A stretch of DNA of 62,727 bases, filler included, from Rhabdomonas costata (GCA_019059605.1; 46 parts of 46 records of this genome joined end to end with filler, not necessarily neighbours in it), one strand, 5' to 3'. Positions 11,787-25,424 are shown, numbered from the whole stretch's first letter. A program made the numbers and translations. Notes: a model not told the origin generated them from the letters alone.

Positions 11787-13797
11787 GTACGTATGAGCCG
11801 GGCACGCGGTCGCTGTATAATTTTGCTGTGCATTTAAGATGACAGCAACCATGAGGTTTACCGGTGGGTTGTAATGTTGTTCGATTTAACATTACTGGAC
11901 AATGAGGCTCGTAACCATGCTGAGGAGGCTCCTTCCCCCACACCCTGATGCCCATCCCACCCTTGCCCGTCGATTTTTCCATGATTTGCCAATGACAAAG
12001 AAAGCCCCCAGGCAGCTTAACCGCCCCGACCGCCTGCTCCGGCCTTCGGAGCAGCTCACCTTCGCCTCCTGAAATAAGCCTTTCCCAGTCGTCCGTCAAA
12101 GCCATGACAGAAATGTTATAACCTGCTCAAACTTTGTCCGCGAGAAGTGCCCACCAAAGACGGCCACAACCCCCCAAACACACCCGACACNNNNNNNNNN
12201 NNNNNNNNNNNNNNNNNNNNNNNNNNNNNNNNNNTTAATTAATTAANNNNNNNNNNNNNNNNNNNNNNNNNNNNNNNNNNNNNNNNNNNNGCGGCAGACG
12301 TGAGTAAGAGGTCCTCCGGGACCATCCCGCATAGGCGGAAACAGGGGGCCCAGGCCTCTGGAGCTCTGGGAACTTGGCCCGCACGCAGTCCCAGAAGAGG
12401 TGGTCCGGGGTTTCCAGGAATCGAGCCTGTCGAAGCACTTGGCACCCTTCGAGAAAGATACGATTAAGAATTTGTTTTTTTATATTTTCAGAGGTGATCC
12501 AGGAAGCTTCAACTTGCAGAGCTTCAGCCTCTGCTCGTCAACCCTTGGGGGATTCACAGTTTCGTTCTTTTCCATGGGCGGTGTCAGCAGTCACTCCTTG
12601 ACTGATGTGAATGATGTGAAGTTGAGGATGCTCGATCTTTAATTTCCGTAACGCCCCAACGGTTTCGAATTTTAATGGCGTTTTTGTAGCCGGCACAGAT
12701 TTGAAGTTTTCGCACGTTATGCGATACTCCCTTTGTCCAACGTCGATGCATTCTGGAGACGCACTTTGGTCGAAGCCATTTCTTGAGCCAACAATGTTTC
12801 GTATCATTGAAGCTTGATTTCAGATGATTATAGTACTCCTCCATCCGCGAGAACAGTTGGGGAGACTGCGCGCTAGACAGCACTGTGAGCAGTAGCTGTA
12901 GCCAGATGACGGCGCGCCACACAAGCCTGTGTGTGGCAGAAGTGCTTTTCGTCATACGGGACGGAATATCTGCAACTGGGATCACATGACTAATGGCATC
13001 CCTGGCAAATATGGGGGCAAAGGTGTCATTTTCACCGTGAAAATGGCATGCAAAGTGTGGTTTGTGTTCCCGAAAGTTAGTTCCTTGAAAGAAAGTGTCA
13101 GTTCCTTGAAAGAATTTTATTACTGAAGGAAGCCATTCTTTACTGGAACTTTGCTAATGAGCTACGAGCTATGTAAGGTTAGCAATCAGTGTTGTGGCAA
13201 TGTTGTGCTTATCGATTTATTGGGATAAGCAAATATTTCAATTTTTATTACTTTATGATTTTTTTCTTGGGGCTTTGCTTGTAAAATCTAAATCACGCTT
13301 CCGCTGTACAATGCTTGCGGCTGCTGCGGAAGTCAGACAGCCTTTGCAGAGAGGGACCCACTGCCGCCGGTCGTTTCACCCCTGGCCGGTCTGCATTGAT
13401 TTTCTGTTTTTTTTTTTTTCAAATTTTGTCTCGACAGTGGGGTCCACACTGAATGAACAAACTTAGAGTGAATGAGAAGGAAGAAGGAAAGAAGGGGAGC
13501 CCGCAAGAAAAAAATCATAAAGTAATAAAAATTGAAATATTTGCTTACCCCAAAACNNNNNNNNNNNNNNNNNNNNNNNNNNNNNNNNNNNNNNNNNNNN
13601 TTAATTAATTAANNNNNNNNNNNNNNNNNNNNNNNNNNNNNNNNNNNNNNNNNNNNTGGGTGGCAGTGCTCATGTCGGTGGTGCTCTCCGCAGCGAGGGC
13701 TTTGCCTGTGTGCAACGTCCATCAAAAAAGAATACCAGAAAAAACCCTAGACATTCCCACCCAATCCTACTCGCTGCATTCTTGACCTGTTTCACCT

Positions 13798-14215
13798 TGG
13801 TGTGGATGTTGACGTGAATGTCTAGGGTAGGATTGGGTGGGAATGCTAGGAGGTAGCTCCGCGCAGGCGTGCACAGATCTTTCAATGTCTCCTCCGATTT
13901 TCCATTACTGATCCCAAATTCAATGAAATCCCCTTGTCAGGTTGTAATGTGTTGGTGTCAAGTAGCAAATCTCAAATGTGCCGACGATGCATTCATACAA
14001 CAGAAGAGAACCTCTCCCCCCGCTCGCACACCTGCAGCAATCTTCGCCGCAAGGGCCTTGCGATGGATCTCCTCGATCTCACGACGGGCTCTCTCCTGGG
14101 CCTCCGCCGTGGCCTTACCGTGGCACTCCAGGAAGTGTTCGTATAGGGAATGGGGAAGGTTACGCTGCATCGGGCCCTCCTCCCCACGGCCGTGGCAATG
14201 GTGGTGGTACCAACT
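13798..14215 (-). CDS. Exons of a hypothetical protein (coiled segment EAQERARREIEEIHRKALAAKIAA)
   Basis: Short open, GC-rich segments ending in G|GTGTGC and AAG|GTGAAA donors. Boundaries are approximate. Confidence 0.4.
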
Positions 14216-15282
14216 CTACGCATGATCCTAGAATCGTGCTTGGCTGGCACCTTCCCTGGCGAACCAGTGTTTTTCCAGAGGCTGTAATCCAGCAACCCTG
14301 CAGAGGAACGTGGCGGGAAGAAGACAAACTCTCACTGATACCTCATATCACGCGAACTACGCGGTGAGCTCTAAACTGAAAGATGCAGTACCTACAGTAC
14401 GAATGAGGGTAGGCATGGGACTGAAAATGACAACGGGTCTTTGCGGAGAGGTAACACTCGTTGTGGTAGAACACAGTTCGGGGAGGTAGCAAGTAATTAC
14501 TTCGCCTTCCTTCTGCATTCTGCACGGAGCTATTGTGTGTGGACTCTTGTTGTGTAACTTGATCTGTGCGGTTAAAAGCAAAAAACATCCATTGCATCCC
14601 ATTGCATCCATTTGCATAAACTATCTCCACTTTTTCAGCTTCATGTACTCCCGGATAACGGAACCGATAGGAATGACCTCAACTAGATAACTGGGAGCTG
14701 ACTGGGATGGCCTCTACTCGATAACTCGTTTTCGCCTTGCTATTTAGTACGCGCCCAAGCGGAAGCACACCTAAGACACATCCCAGGCGAACGGGCAAGC
14801 ACTCTCCCCAACAACGTTCTGATGGAAAGCCAGGGGCAAACAAAGTGTGCTACCGCCGCCAGAAGACACCGGAACACTACAGCATATCGGCTAACACATT
14901 AATACAATTCTCCCCCCAACCCCNNNNNNNNNNNNNNNNNNNNNNNNNNNNNNNNNNNNNNNNNNNNTTAATTAATTAANNNNNNNNNNNNNNNNNNNNN
15001 NNNNNNNNNNNNNNNNNNNNNNNGGTTTGGTTTTCACCCATTCTGTCTGAGTGAAGTGCACATCATAATGCAAAGTTTCCTTCAGTCGCCTTGAAAGAAC
15101 CACGAAAAAATTGTTTTTCAGGAATAAACGACGGCACCAGCCCAAAATGCAAACAGCAACAGGTGCACTTCACTCAGACAGAATGGGTGAAAACAAAACG
15201 ACAAAATAAAATGCGATGAAAAAATGGTGCGGAAGGGGGAGGGGGAGGAGGGGCAAGCGATGCAGCACTCTGCGGCTGCGAC

Positions 15283-15972
15283 CTCATCTCTGTAGGCCTT
15301 GACGGCCTGCACAGGGGGCCAGTCAAAGCCGTCCGGAAGTAGGTCGTCCCAGCTCATTTCATCGACTCCAATCGCAAACAGAGTCTCATATCGCTCGTTG
15401 ATACGGTTCGTCACCAGATTTGCCAGGCGAAGCTTGTTGATAAAGAACGCTGCCGTGTGCCCGTAGTAGAAGATCAGAGGGTGCCGCAGCGGATCCGCGC
15501 GAACATAGAAAACCTGGGACCCGGGGAATAGATAGCACCAGGATCAATCAAATGCTATGTCGCACAAAAAAACCTGTGAGTGGCCATGGACAGAGACCCA
15601 AAAAACGCTCCAGCCAAATTTCTCTAGTAATCGCTCACCAAATTTACCTTTGGCAGTCTAATAAGCCTAGCTACACCCCGAAACTGAGAAAATAGTGTGT
15701 TACATTTCCAACAGAAGTCTTTTTACCCTGTATTCATGCCGCTGGTCCCCAAATGGTGCGCAAGGTGCCTCTTTTCGCACGGATTATCCAATCTCTCAGT
15801 TTTCGATGTAGCCTGCTATACGAAGCGAGAAGGGAAAAGGCCCCCAATCCACATACGCTCTCAGTCTTCAGAACGTCAAAGAGGCGCTCGTAGATCGTGT
15901 AGGTATCATGAAAGTACGTCAGAAGTTCATTTCTCTTTGCGGCCACGTCGGAGCCCGAGAGAACCGGTGTTC
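15283..15972 (-). CDS. ovoA: 5-histidylcysteine sulfoxide synthase OvoA (ovothiol biosynthesis), N-terminal exons 15857-15972 and 15283-15513
   Basis: Spliced translation TPVLSGSDVAAKRNELLTYFHDTYTIYERLFDVLKTES|VFYVRADPLRHPLIFYYGHTAAFFINKL...RINERYETLFAIGVDEMSWDDL...DWPPV..V..YR. RHPLIFYxGHT and GVDEMSWDDL are OvoA signatures. The intron is GTATGT...CCCAG, phase 0. Confidence 0.93.
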
Positions 15973-18900
15973 CTGAAGGAATAAGCGCAGCAACATTCAA
16001 CATTTTCCGCACTGATATGAGTCTAAGCCCCCAGAGGGAAAGTGAGACATTATAATGGGTACTTGCTCTGAGTGCTAATGACCTTGGCGGGGATATTAGT
16101 TGCCAAAGAACCACACAGTGAAAACGGGTCATCACGGCCCACAGAACATGCTGTCGCCTCAGCCGCAAGCTTCGACCTTCCCGAGGCCTCCGCCCCCGAC
16201 CTAATCTGCATCGCCCTCTAACCACTGTGCAGCTTGGGAGGCCGGCACCGCATCGAGGAGAGAACACACGCGAGACGCAACCACAACACNNNNNNNNNNN
16301 NNNNNNNNNNNNNNNNNNNNNNNNNNNNNNNNNTTAATTAATTAANNNNNNNNNNNNNNNNNNNNNNNNNNNNNNNNNNNNNNNNNNNNTCTTTTCTTGC
16401 GATGTGCTTGATGTCATATTTCAATCGTGCGGACATGAAGGGCTGTATATGCGGAACCAAATTCAGTTGAATAGGTTGTAGGCTCACTGCTTACATAATT
16501 CCCTTGTCCCCAACTCGGAAGGCGCTGTTTGGAGACGTGTGTGCAGAGGTTTGGGCTTGGTTGTTTTGTGCCAAACGTCCACATGGACTCGAGGATAGGA
16601 CGCCTACTCTTTTATACCATCAGTTTTGTCCGTGTTTTTTCTGTTGTCTGCTCTCAGGGGGGATTGCAGCACTGTGTCGATGTGAGAAGCAGAGTGCTTG
16701 TGAGAAGAACCTGTCGAAAGAGCGAGCCGAACGTGAGAACGCGAGGAGGAGGATTACAAGAAAAGAAGCAAGAAAGGGTAGCTGGTGAATGGATGGCTGC
16801 GGAGGAACCGCGGCCGTGCCTCGTGTAGGTGGGCGAAGGGCTGGGGCAGGGGCCCCTCAGCCTGCCGCGATTCTGCCTGCGGTCGAGTTGGAGGCCAGGC
16901 TGCGCGCCGAGGGGATTGTGCTGCCCTCCCAGTCCCGGGGGCTGCGGAGGTTCCCGGCCCACGACAAGGTTTCACCCTCCCTCCCTGTCTTCCGGTATTT
17001 CAGCCGTACTGTTCTGTGCATTGTGATGGACTGTGATTTTGTGGTGGAGCTGGCCAGGGGACGCGAGAGCCCGTGACAGCATATACACAATAGCGGGGTG
17101 GGGTTCTGGCAAACGTCAGTCCTCTTCGCAGAAGTTGGGGTGAGCTAATAAAAAGAATTTCCATAACGTATGTGAGACTGGTAACAAATTCAGTTGTCAC
17201 AGACACATGTGTGTGACAACTGAATTCCAAATATCCAAATTGGCCCCGTCTTTGTCATTGCGGTGGGGTGGGGGTCACTCTGCCCCCACCCACCCACGCA
17301 GCTGCAAGGGGTCCCCTCTGCAAGCTACCAGCTCAAGACCCGGAAACGCTGGGGAGTTGGGGCTTTCTCAAAACTGAGCCCTCTCCGCTCCCCAGAAAAA
17401 GTCTGAGCCGAGTCACATTGCCCTCCTTTCCCAAACAAACGGAACCCGGAACACCCCCCCCCCTGCAGGTGCGCATAGGGAACATTACAGGTGGTGTTGG
17501 TCATGGAGGAATTTTGCAGATGACAGGGAGTAGGGCAAAATTGTCCTCTACATACGTTAGACTGGTTTTCAAGGAAAAACGCACACATTCACGGTGACAC
17601 CCACACCCACACACACACAGCAGGAATCCGGAGAGAGGCCCGCTGAGCAAAACCCNNNNNNNNNNNNNNNNNNNNNNNNNNNNNNNNNNNNNNNNNNNNT
17701 TAATTAATTAANNNNNNNNNNNNNNNNNNNNNNNNNNNNNNNNNNNNNNNNNNNNGTGTTGGGGGGTGTGGAGGTGCGAGGTCCGTAACCTCGGAAGACC
17801 TCCCCCCCCCCTCGTCAACCCACTTCTGCATTGCCTCGTCCCGAGATTTCAGTGCTCATTTCTTTGCACCCGCCGCCCAGATGGCCGCTGCGGACGCGAT
17901 CGTGATCTGTGCTGCTCACTTCCCGAGTACACAATCGCGTTGAAAAAAACTCTTGCTCTCACCGCTATGCCAGCTCATACGATGCTGCCAATGCCTCATG
18001 GATGCTGTCGATGAACACGACAGGAAGAGAATCGCTGCACTCGTGATGACCACAGGGAGGGATGCACTGGCATCGGGCATTATGAAAGAACCGCGGAGGT
18101 GCGGAGTGGCAGTCCCCGCGGCCATGAGAAATATTGCATTGCAACAACATTACTCACTTTGGGTGGGTGAGCAAATGTGGTTTCGAAGTTTGAGAAGGTT
18201 GAGATTATCTGCGGGGGCTAACAGCAACAGAGATAAGATGGGGCAAGTCGGGGTCGTATCGCTTACTGCAAAAGAAAGCAGCCGCGGGTCTGAAAAACAA
18301 AGGAAATATCCTTTATCGGCACAGGCTGCCCCAGCACAATGGCAGGAAATATGCCCGCTGATCGCGTTCCCTTCCGTATCTGTTTGAGCCTCACATTGCG
18401 GGACACAAGTCTTCGTCGTGCTTGCCTTGAAGACAAGAGCTCCATCACACAGTGGAGACGGGTGCAAGGTAAGAATGAAGACGCCCACGGATCCACCCTG
18501 ATGGCTCTCACAAGGTCATACCGTTACAGGAGAACCCCCGCCAAGAAGCAAGAAGCGGGTCCCAAAAGACAGCAAACGGGAAAATCTCTAGAAAAACGGG
18601 AAAAGAATGCGCCGAGAGTTGAGCCGAATGAGTAAAGAGAGAGAGGATAGAAGTGAAGGTTGTGGGACATACCGGATATCAGGATACAAGGAGTAAGTGA
18701 CAAAGAGCCAAGAGAAGGGCTGAGGTTGAGAGGAAGAGAGATAAGATGTCCGACCGCGTACCTCGCCTCCACTAAAAAGTCGTCTCGTCTCCTTTTCCCT
18801 TCCAGAAGAGCGCTCCCTTAAGAGGCTGCTGTGCGCGAGGACGAACCTACGACTGTCAAAAATCGGGGGAAGAGGAGCACTCCAGGAGGAGGGCTGAAGG

Positions 18901-19638
18901 GGGATTACAAATGCGGGAAAAGAGAAAAAGGACCTCCCTCCATACAGTCATCACCCAGCAGGAAAGGCATGGCAGGTGATTCGAAGGGAAAAGAGGAAGA
19001 GCTCAGAGCTTAGTGGCTGGGNNNNNNNNNNNNNNNNNNNNNNNNNNNNNNNNNNNNNNNNNNNNTTAATTAATTAANNNNNNNNNNNNNNNNNNNNNNN
19101 NNNNNNNNNNNNNNNNNNNNNGGGGGTGGGGTATATCAGGACAGATGTTACACGTGTGGCATGTATTTCAATTTGGTGTTTTTGTCTCTTTTTGTGTCTC
19201 TGAGATGCACGTAGGTCGGGTGGGTGCGTCTTGTTCCCCGGGGGTATCGGGGAGTTTGTAAGTGTGTAAGGTCGTATGAATTTGGTGATTTCGGTGATTT
19301 TTGGATGGAGGGTGATTTTTTGACCCTGGTGTTTTTTTTTCGCGTCGGTGTATGGTTTTTGGTTTTCGTGGTTCAGGCATTCTCGGTTTCCGTATCGGCT
19401 GCTATGATATTGGGCTTATGGCGTTCAGGGATTCGTGCGTGGGATTTCGGCCTTGGTATCTGGGATTTCGGCTGTGGTATTTGGGATTTTGGCTAGAGGG
19501 GGTGAGGAGTTCGAGATTGCGGCTGGGGTATTTCGGTCTTGTGGGGTTTGGTATGGCGTTCATGGTTTGGGCCTTTACTTCGCGTGGTGTGCGTGTATTT
19601 AGGATAATGGTAATGGTGGTTAGGATAATGGTGTAGGG

Positions 19639-19824
19639 TTAGGAGTCGGAGTAGGGTGTTGGACTTGGGGTTGGTGTCGGAGCGTGGGTTCGAGGGTTGG
19701 GTGTAGAGGAGGAGGAAGTGGTGGTGGAGGGGTTGGGCTTGGACCCCGAAGAGGGCTTCTCACCCGCCCCGTCGTCGTCGTCCGAGTCCACAGTGATCTT
19801 CTCGAACTTCGAGTAGTCCACCAT
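19639..19824 (-). CDS. Protein start with a Cdc37-N-terminus-like motif followed by P/T/S low-complexity sequence
   Basis: A CACAG acceptor lies 5 nt before the ATG. MVDYSKFEKITVDSDDDD resembles MVDYS(K/V)WD.I.VSDDED. Similarity does not continue beyond the motif. Confidence 0.4.
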   Translation of the reverse strand: MVDYSKFEKITVDSDDDDGAGEKPSSGSKPNPSTTTSSSSTPNPRTHAPTPTPSPTPYSDS

Positions 19825-20864
19825 TTGAGCTGTGGGCGCACCCCCTCCTCCCTCAACGCATGCTCGCTCGTGACTTGGACAACAGTAACAGCAAGGAGGC
19901 CAGCCAAACTCGCAGTTCACAACTCGAAGACCCAGTAAGGAAACAGGGCATAGAACTAAGCTCCCCATCAACAAGCACGCCGTGTAAGCACCCCACTCCA
20001 CCCGCAAAGTTTTCACAGGAAGGGGAGGGTCACCGTTGGGCTGCGCCCCTGCCACTCATGGCCTTACACAGCCTGTTGCCCATGGAAAAAACTTTGCCAC
20101 GAAAAGGCTTTCCAATGCACACAGAAACACTCGAGGATTTCTTTTCGAAAAGCAACTCCACTCAGAAGTCGACAAACAGCTGGTTTTCGCCTCTCTCTCT
20201 CTCTCTTTTCCATAAACATGAACTATCCTGGGGTTAACATTGGTTTGTCTTGGGGGGAACGTGGGCTCAGTGAGGGCCCTCAGATGCCTACGGGTTCCGT
20301 AAACAGTTGACCGATGCTACCACGCAGTAAAGACATCCCCACGCATCTCCCAATTGATCCAGGCATCAGCAGAGGTCAGGGCTACGCNNNNNNNNNNNNN
20401 NNNNNNNNNNNNNNNNNNNNNNNNNNNNNNNTTAATTAATTAANNNNNNNNNNNNNNNNNNNNNNNNNNNNNNNNNNNNNNNNNNNNAGTTTCTGGGTTT
20501 AGCCCGTCATGCTTTGTCAGGAAAACGAGTGCGAGTTTGAGTTGGGTGTAACTTGTTAACCAAATTCAAGTACCGGTTTTCCAAGGAAGAGGCACATATT
20601 GAGTGGGATAAAGATCTTGTTGTTGAAGCTTAGCGACGGGCAGGAGACCGAGTCCAAAGTCCAGGGGGTTTCCAGTTTAAAAAAGTTTAGAGAAGAGAAC
20701 AACTGTCTTAACTCAAGCGCCGGAGGTGCCACCACAAGCGAAACAGAGCATGAAAGGAAGAAAACTCTGAAAAGTTCGTCTCTAAATTCGACCGTGATCG
20801 TGCAAGTGGGTGAGGGACCACTGTTGCAAAGTGGACTCATGTGTTTTTTTGTCTATCTCAACAG

Positions 20865-21736
20865 CTGGGAGAAGCGCTGCTCGCTGGAGTGCAGAAGGTT
20901 TTCCAAGCTGCCAGCATTGCAGTCGAGTTTTCTAAAATCGCCCCCTCTGCGAGCGGAGCGGCAAATGGCCACGTGCTTGCAGGTTTGCGCGCGTGTGTGT
21001 CGTCTTGTGGGGTGTGGTCGTGCTTGAGCACACTTTGTCACTCTTCTGTGCATCAGGTCCCCTCTCCAGCGCAGCTACCGCGGAGGTTGCGGACAGGCTT
21101 TCTCTGAGCAGCAAGCTCACCTCCACCGCCGCCGCCTCGTGGTACCCGGACACCATCTACCCCACGCTTCCTGTCGTCACTGTTCGCAACCTCTATAATG
21201 AGAGTGTGCCATCCTTGTCCGTTTCTTTGCAAAACCCAAAGCCAACCACCCTGCCCACGGAGCCTTTCCTGTTCCTTTTTTCCTTCAGTAAATCCGTCTT
21301 TCAACGAGCGGGCGGCCCCTTCGGTACGCACCCCGCGCGCGCTTGTGTTTTGCTGTAACTTAGACTTACACTCAGAGAGCTTCGTGGGAAAGCACTTACA
21401 CCCGCACTTCTTTTCTCTTGCGTCTCTTGCGTCACAGCCCACCGCCGGCATTGCCCCCCATGATCCCAACGAGCTGTCGCTGTTCGAGCTGCGGGTGTGC
21501 TGCGATGCTCCTGTTTTTACCCAGAAAACCACTGTTTATACGCTTGCTCCGCACATCGTATCTCTGGGTGTGCTCAGAAAGACGCAGCGCGGTCAATCAA
21601 CAGCTTCTTCGCCAATGAGGCCAGGGACAGTATTCACGACACCCTGAAGGTCGCTGTCAGCCGAGCCATGTCCAGCAAGCTGAGCGAGCGCTCGGTCGTC
21701 ACGGTTGTGCACAAGCCCCAGGGCGACCTTGCCACG
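20865..21736 (+). CDS. Multi-exon hypothetical gene (about four short exons)
   Basis: Series of AG/GT-bounded open segments: LGEALLAGVQK; GPLSSAATAEV...VRNLYNE; PTAGIAPHDPNELSLFELR; KDAARSINSFFANEARD... Confidence 0.5.
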
Positions 21737-22149
21737 TATGCCTCCAAAAAAAANNNNNNNNNNNNNNNNNNNNNNNNNNNNNNNNNNNNNNNNNNNNTTA
21801 ATTAATTAANNNNNNNNNNNNNNNNNNNNNNNNNNNNNNNNNNNNNNNNNNNNTGTGGGGGTGCATTTCTGCGCCGCCGCCCCCACCCCACCCGCCAACT
21901 TTTCGTCAGCAGGGATGTGAAACAAAAGCAGGATATTTTTCGAGGCTCAACTGAGTGGCTGCCTGATTGACTGATATCGGCCTTGGCCACCGTTCGTTTT
22001 TTTGAGGTGTGGGCTGAGCTTTTGGTGCACCCTTACAGCATGCGTGTTTTTTCGTTAGGTTCCGGGGTCTCGGAACGACTTGAAAAGACTGCTTTCTTCA
22101 GGCCCTGCAAGTATGCTGCTCATCTTTCTCACATTCAGCTTTACTCACG

Positions 22150-22929
22150 CGGCGCATGCATGCTTTCCCAAAGTGACCTCGACGGACGGCGGTCGCGTTG
22201 AAACTGCGGGGACGAACGGGGAGAAATCTCCTGAACTGTTGGCATGGCTTATCGATCGCTGGGTGCATGTGCCTGTGCCGCTGAGGTGCAGCCCAACTTT
22301 GCTCCCTTTGTTGTGGACAGACGAATAGCTATGTGAAGCAACAGGGGGGGGTTACTCTGTGATGTTTTCCGGTGCCTTCGCTGCAGTGCTGCTTCACCCC
22401 GACGTACAGGGCAAGTTGGATTCCCTGTGTGCCACTGGTCACCTTCCTCGTGTGGGGCTGGACCAGCAGGTGCATTGCTTACCCCCCCCCCACACACACA
22501 CACCATGCGCACACCCACGCTCACATTCACATCAAAACTTTGTCCGAATTTAACTTTAGCGAGCTACCGTGGCCGACCTCGCATGCCCCCGTCAGTTCAC
22601 GGTGGTCACCAACATTCACTCAGGCAACAGCCAGCGCTATGCGCCTACCATACACGAGCAACACCATCACTACGACCACCGCCTCCTCCTCCAGACCACG
22701 CGCGAAACAGAGATCCGTGGCACCCCCTTCACGTCCCCGATAACGACACGAGGACCTAGTGGTTATGTTCCGGCACTCCGTGACAGGATGCTCCCTCTTT
22801 GTGCGACTGGGAGCCTCTCCGGTCGGTGTCGAAGCTGACGAGGAATACAGCTCCCTGTTCTCAACCGTTGATCTGCTTTGCAGCTTCGCAAGGCTCATTG
22901 GCAGCCTGTGACTTTTTTCGAGAATGAGG
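22150..22929 (+). CDS. Multi-exon hypothetical gene
   Basis: Several short open segments flanked by pyrimidine-AG and GT sites, e.g. TTTAG|CGAGCTACC at 22560 and TTGCAG|CTTCGC at 22884. No family recognised. Confidence 0.4.
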
Positions 22930-24391
22930 TCAGGGCTTTTCCGCGTCCCCCCTTTCTCAGGCACTGGAGGAGCTGGCCCGCTTGTCACCGGAAGCCGGGG
23001 TGGCAATGCTATATAAGCTGGAGGCAAAGGTTGTTGACCTTTGCCTCCCTGCTTCCCCATCAGGAGACAAGGGAGAGGTTTATGGTTGAAGAGGGAAGTC
23101 TACGTGTCACCAAAAACAANNNNNNNNNNNNNNNNNNNNNNNNNNNNNNNNNNNNNNNNNNNNTTAATTAATTAANNNNNNNNNNNNNNNNNNNNNNNNN
23201 NNNNNNNNNNNNNNNNNNNGGGTTGGTGGTCCGCCCAGTATATACACACACGCAGGCCGGTCCACCTAACTCCCTAACCAACGGTATGAAGGCATAGGCG
23301 ATCTAACCTTCCTGCGAAATAAAGCGTCGCAAACCTTCGCGATTTCTTCCGAAGGGGGGGGGGTAGGAGACTCGAAATGGGAAGGGGTTGCATTCATGAT
23401 AGAAAGTAGCCTTATTTTATGAATCACACAAAGCTGATGATCTCAAGAGAAATGCAGCTCAGAGGCTAGCGAGTGTACTTGAGCTCACTTCATCGTGCGG
23501 TGTGCCCCTGGCATGCGATCTTATCTGGAAATCCCCTTTGGTGCATGCACTACACGTAAATACATACACACGTAAACTTCACGCAACAAAACATACTCTT
23601 CCGAGATCCTGTTAACCTTTCCGAAATCCTGGCACTAAAGGGATATAGAGGTGGGAAGGGAGGCAGAAGGTGCGGTATATGGGGAAATTCACATTTCCAA
23701 ACAACAGCAACCGTGAATAATCAGCGGCTGGAGCAAAAGAAAAGAAACCAATTTGCAACACCGTGGACATTCAGAAGCCCAACCTTCGCAGTCGTTGCCT
23801 GCACACAAACCCCATCGAGAGGGTGTGGGGGAAGAAATGAAGAAAGCAGTACAATATTGTTCCAGCAGACGACCTAACACTGTTTAGATAAGTGGACCAG
23901 ACAACTTTGCTTACCTCTTCCACACTCCCACACAGGAGACACAGGAGACGCAAAGCCCCTCTGACCGGCGCTGTAGTGTATGCGTAGGCTGGCACCAGTC
24001 TCGTTTTCTTTTTTGAGATAGAGCTATGCACAGGATAGGATAGCGAAACTTCCGAGGAAACCATCAAACCAGTTACCTAATATTGAAGCCTCCCCAGCTC
24101 GAAGACCCGCGCAAACACTGCAGGGGTTCAAATTCTAACACAGCGCATTCAAAGCAAAGCACACAGCACAGCTCCTGACATCTGGAAAAAAAACCCTAAC
24201 AACACAATCCCGTTCTGGGGGAAGAATGCGTTGAAAACGCATCCCTCCCAAGGGCGACACAAAAGCACAACGGCAACACTGCACAAAACTCTCTGCCTGT
24301 GGGGCTAGGCAAAGAGAGGAATCGACTGCAGGGACGAAATCTAAAGCAACACTTCTAGAAATCAACACGCAGAAATGGAGGTAGCCAAGGC

Positions 24392-24480
24392 GTCTTTTCA
24401 CCACCCCCACCACCATTTCGCCCAGGGCGGCAACTGCCCTCCTCCTCACTTGGTGAGACTCATTGGCACACAGGTACACA
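24392..24480 (-). CDS. Possible HEAT-repeat exon fragment
   Basis: LCANESHQVRRRAVAALGEM resembles the HEAT consensus D....VR..A..ALG. Very short. Confidence 0.35.
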
Positions 24481-24882
24481 AACCCNNNNNNNNNNNNNNN
24501 NNNNNNNNNNNNNNNNNNNNNNNNNNNNNTTAATTAATTAANNNNNNNNNNNNNNNNNNNNNNNNNNNNNNNNNNNNNNNNNNNNGGTTTTTTGTCTGTT
24601 TCGTGGATCATCCTTTTTGTTTGCTAACTACTTTGTTGCATATAAAGCCTCAGCGTTTTGAGCATTGTTGCTTGATACTATGAGAAAGAGATTCAGACCA
24701 GTGGGTTCAACGGGTCCAATGCTTACATCGAAATGCTCTCAACGGCGGGTGACGCACTGCAGAGCAATTCTTTACCGCAACACAGCATAACATAAAGATA
24801 AAACGTTGGCGATTAAAAAAAGGCGACGCTTAGGAACTATGGAACCCAAGAAATATCCCCCTATCCTAAAAGCAACTCTCAC

Positions 24883-25424
24883 CTTGTGCCTCCAGCTCCA
24901 GGATTCGAGAGAGGGTGGCGATGTGCGCCCAGGAAAGAGGGGCGCAGGAGGACGGAACCCCGTGAAGGGCCTCCAGACACCGCTTTCCAGAACTGCCCTC
25001 CATCGACTTTATTTTTTTTGGGAGGAACAGAAAGAACGGGGCATCATCGGGAAAGGTAGGGTGCGATGGGTGGGTCTGCAGGGCATGGTACGACAGGTGC
25101 GCGACCAAGAGAACATGAATATTTCTGATGTCGCAACTTCTCAACGACCTTCACCGCTGGTTCACTGGTTCACCAAAACAAATTTCGACAAGATTTGGCA
25201 ATAAACGGCCTTCGCACATGCTCAAGGCTGGTATACGAAGCCGCAGCAGATATACAGGGACACAGCCAAAGGCAAAAGTAAGATACCGAAAACAAATTCA
25301 GCTGCTCGGCCTCTGCCAGGCCGTCCAGCAGAGGGAGCAGCTCCTCACAGCTCCGGAGCTTCTCGGCGGTGTCTGCGGAGGGCCCCGCGAGGCGCTCCAG
25401 GCACACCGAGCACTGCAGGGACAT
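24883..25424 (-). CDS. Exons of a hypothetical helical protein
   Basis: Open segments ...AEKLRSCEELLPLLDGLAEAEQLNLFS|GTATCT and ...HIATLSRILELEAQ G|GTGAG with canonical donors. Confidence 0.4.

Noticed and set aside
13221-13552. ~50-bp inverted repeat resembling MITE termini
   Set aside because: One arm abuts the contig end. The core is perfect, and the mismatches lie only in the inner micro-homology and the terminal primer-like bases, which is the pattern of an amplification inversion chimera.
15030-15196. ~32-bp inverted repeat next to ovoA
   Set aside because: The arm begins right after the G/T primer bases at the contig start and is a perfect copy; likely a fold-back chimera.
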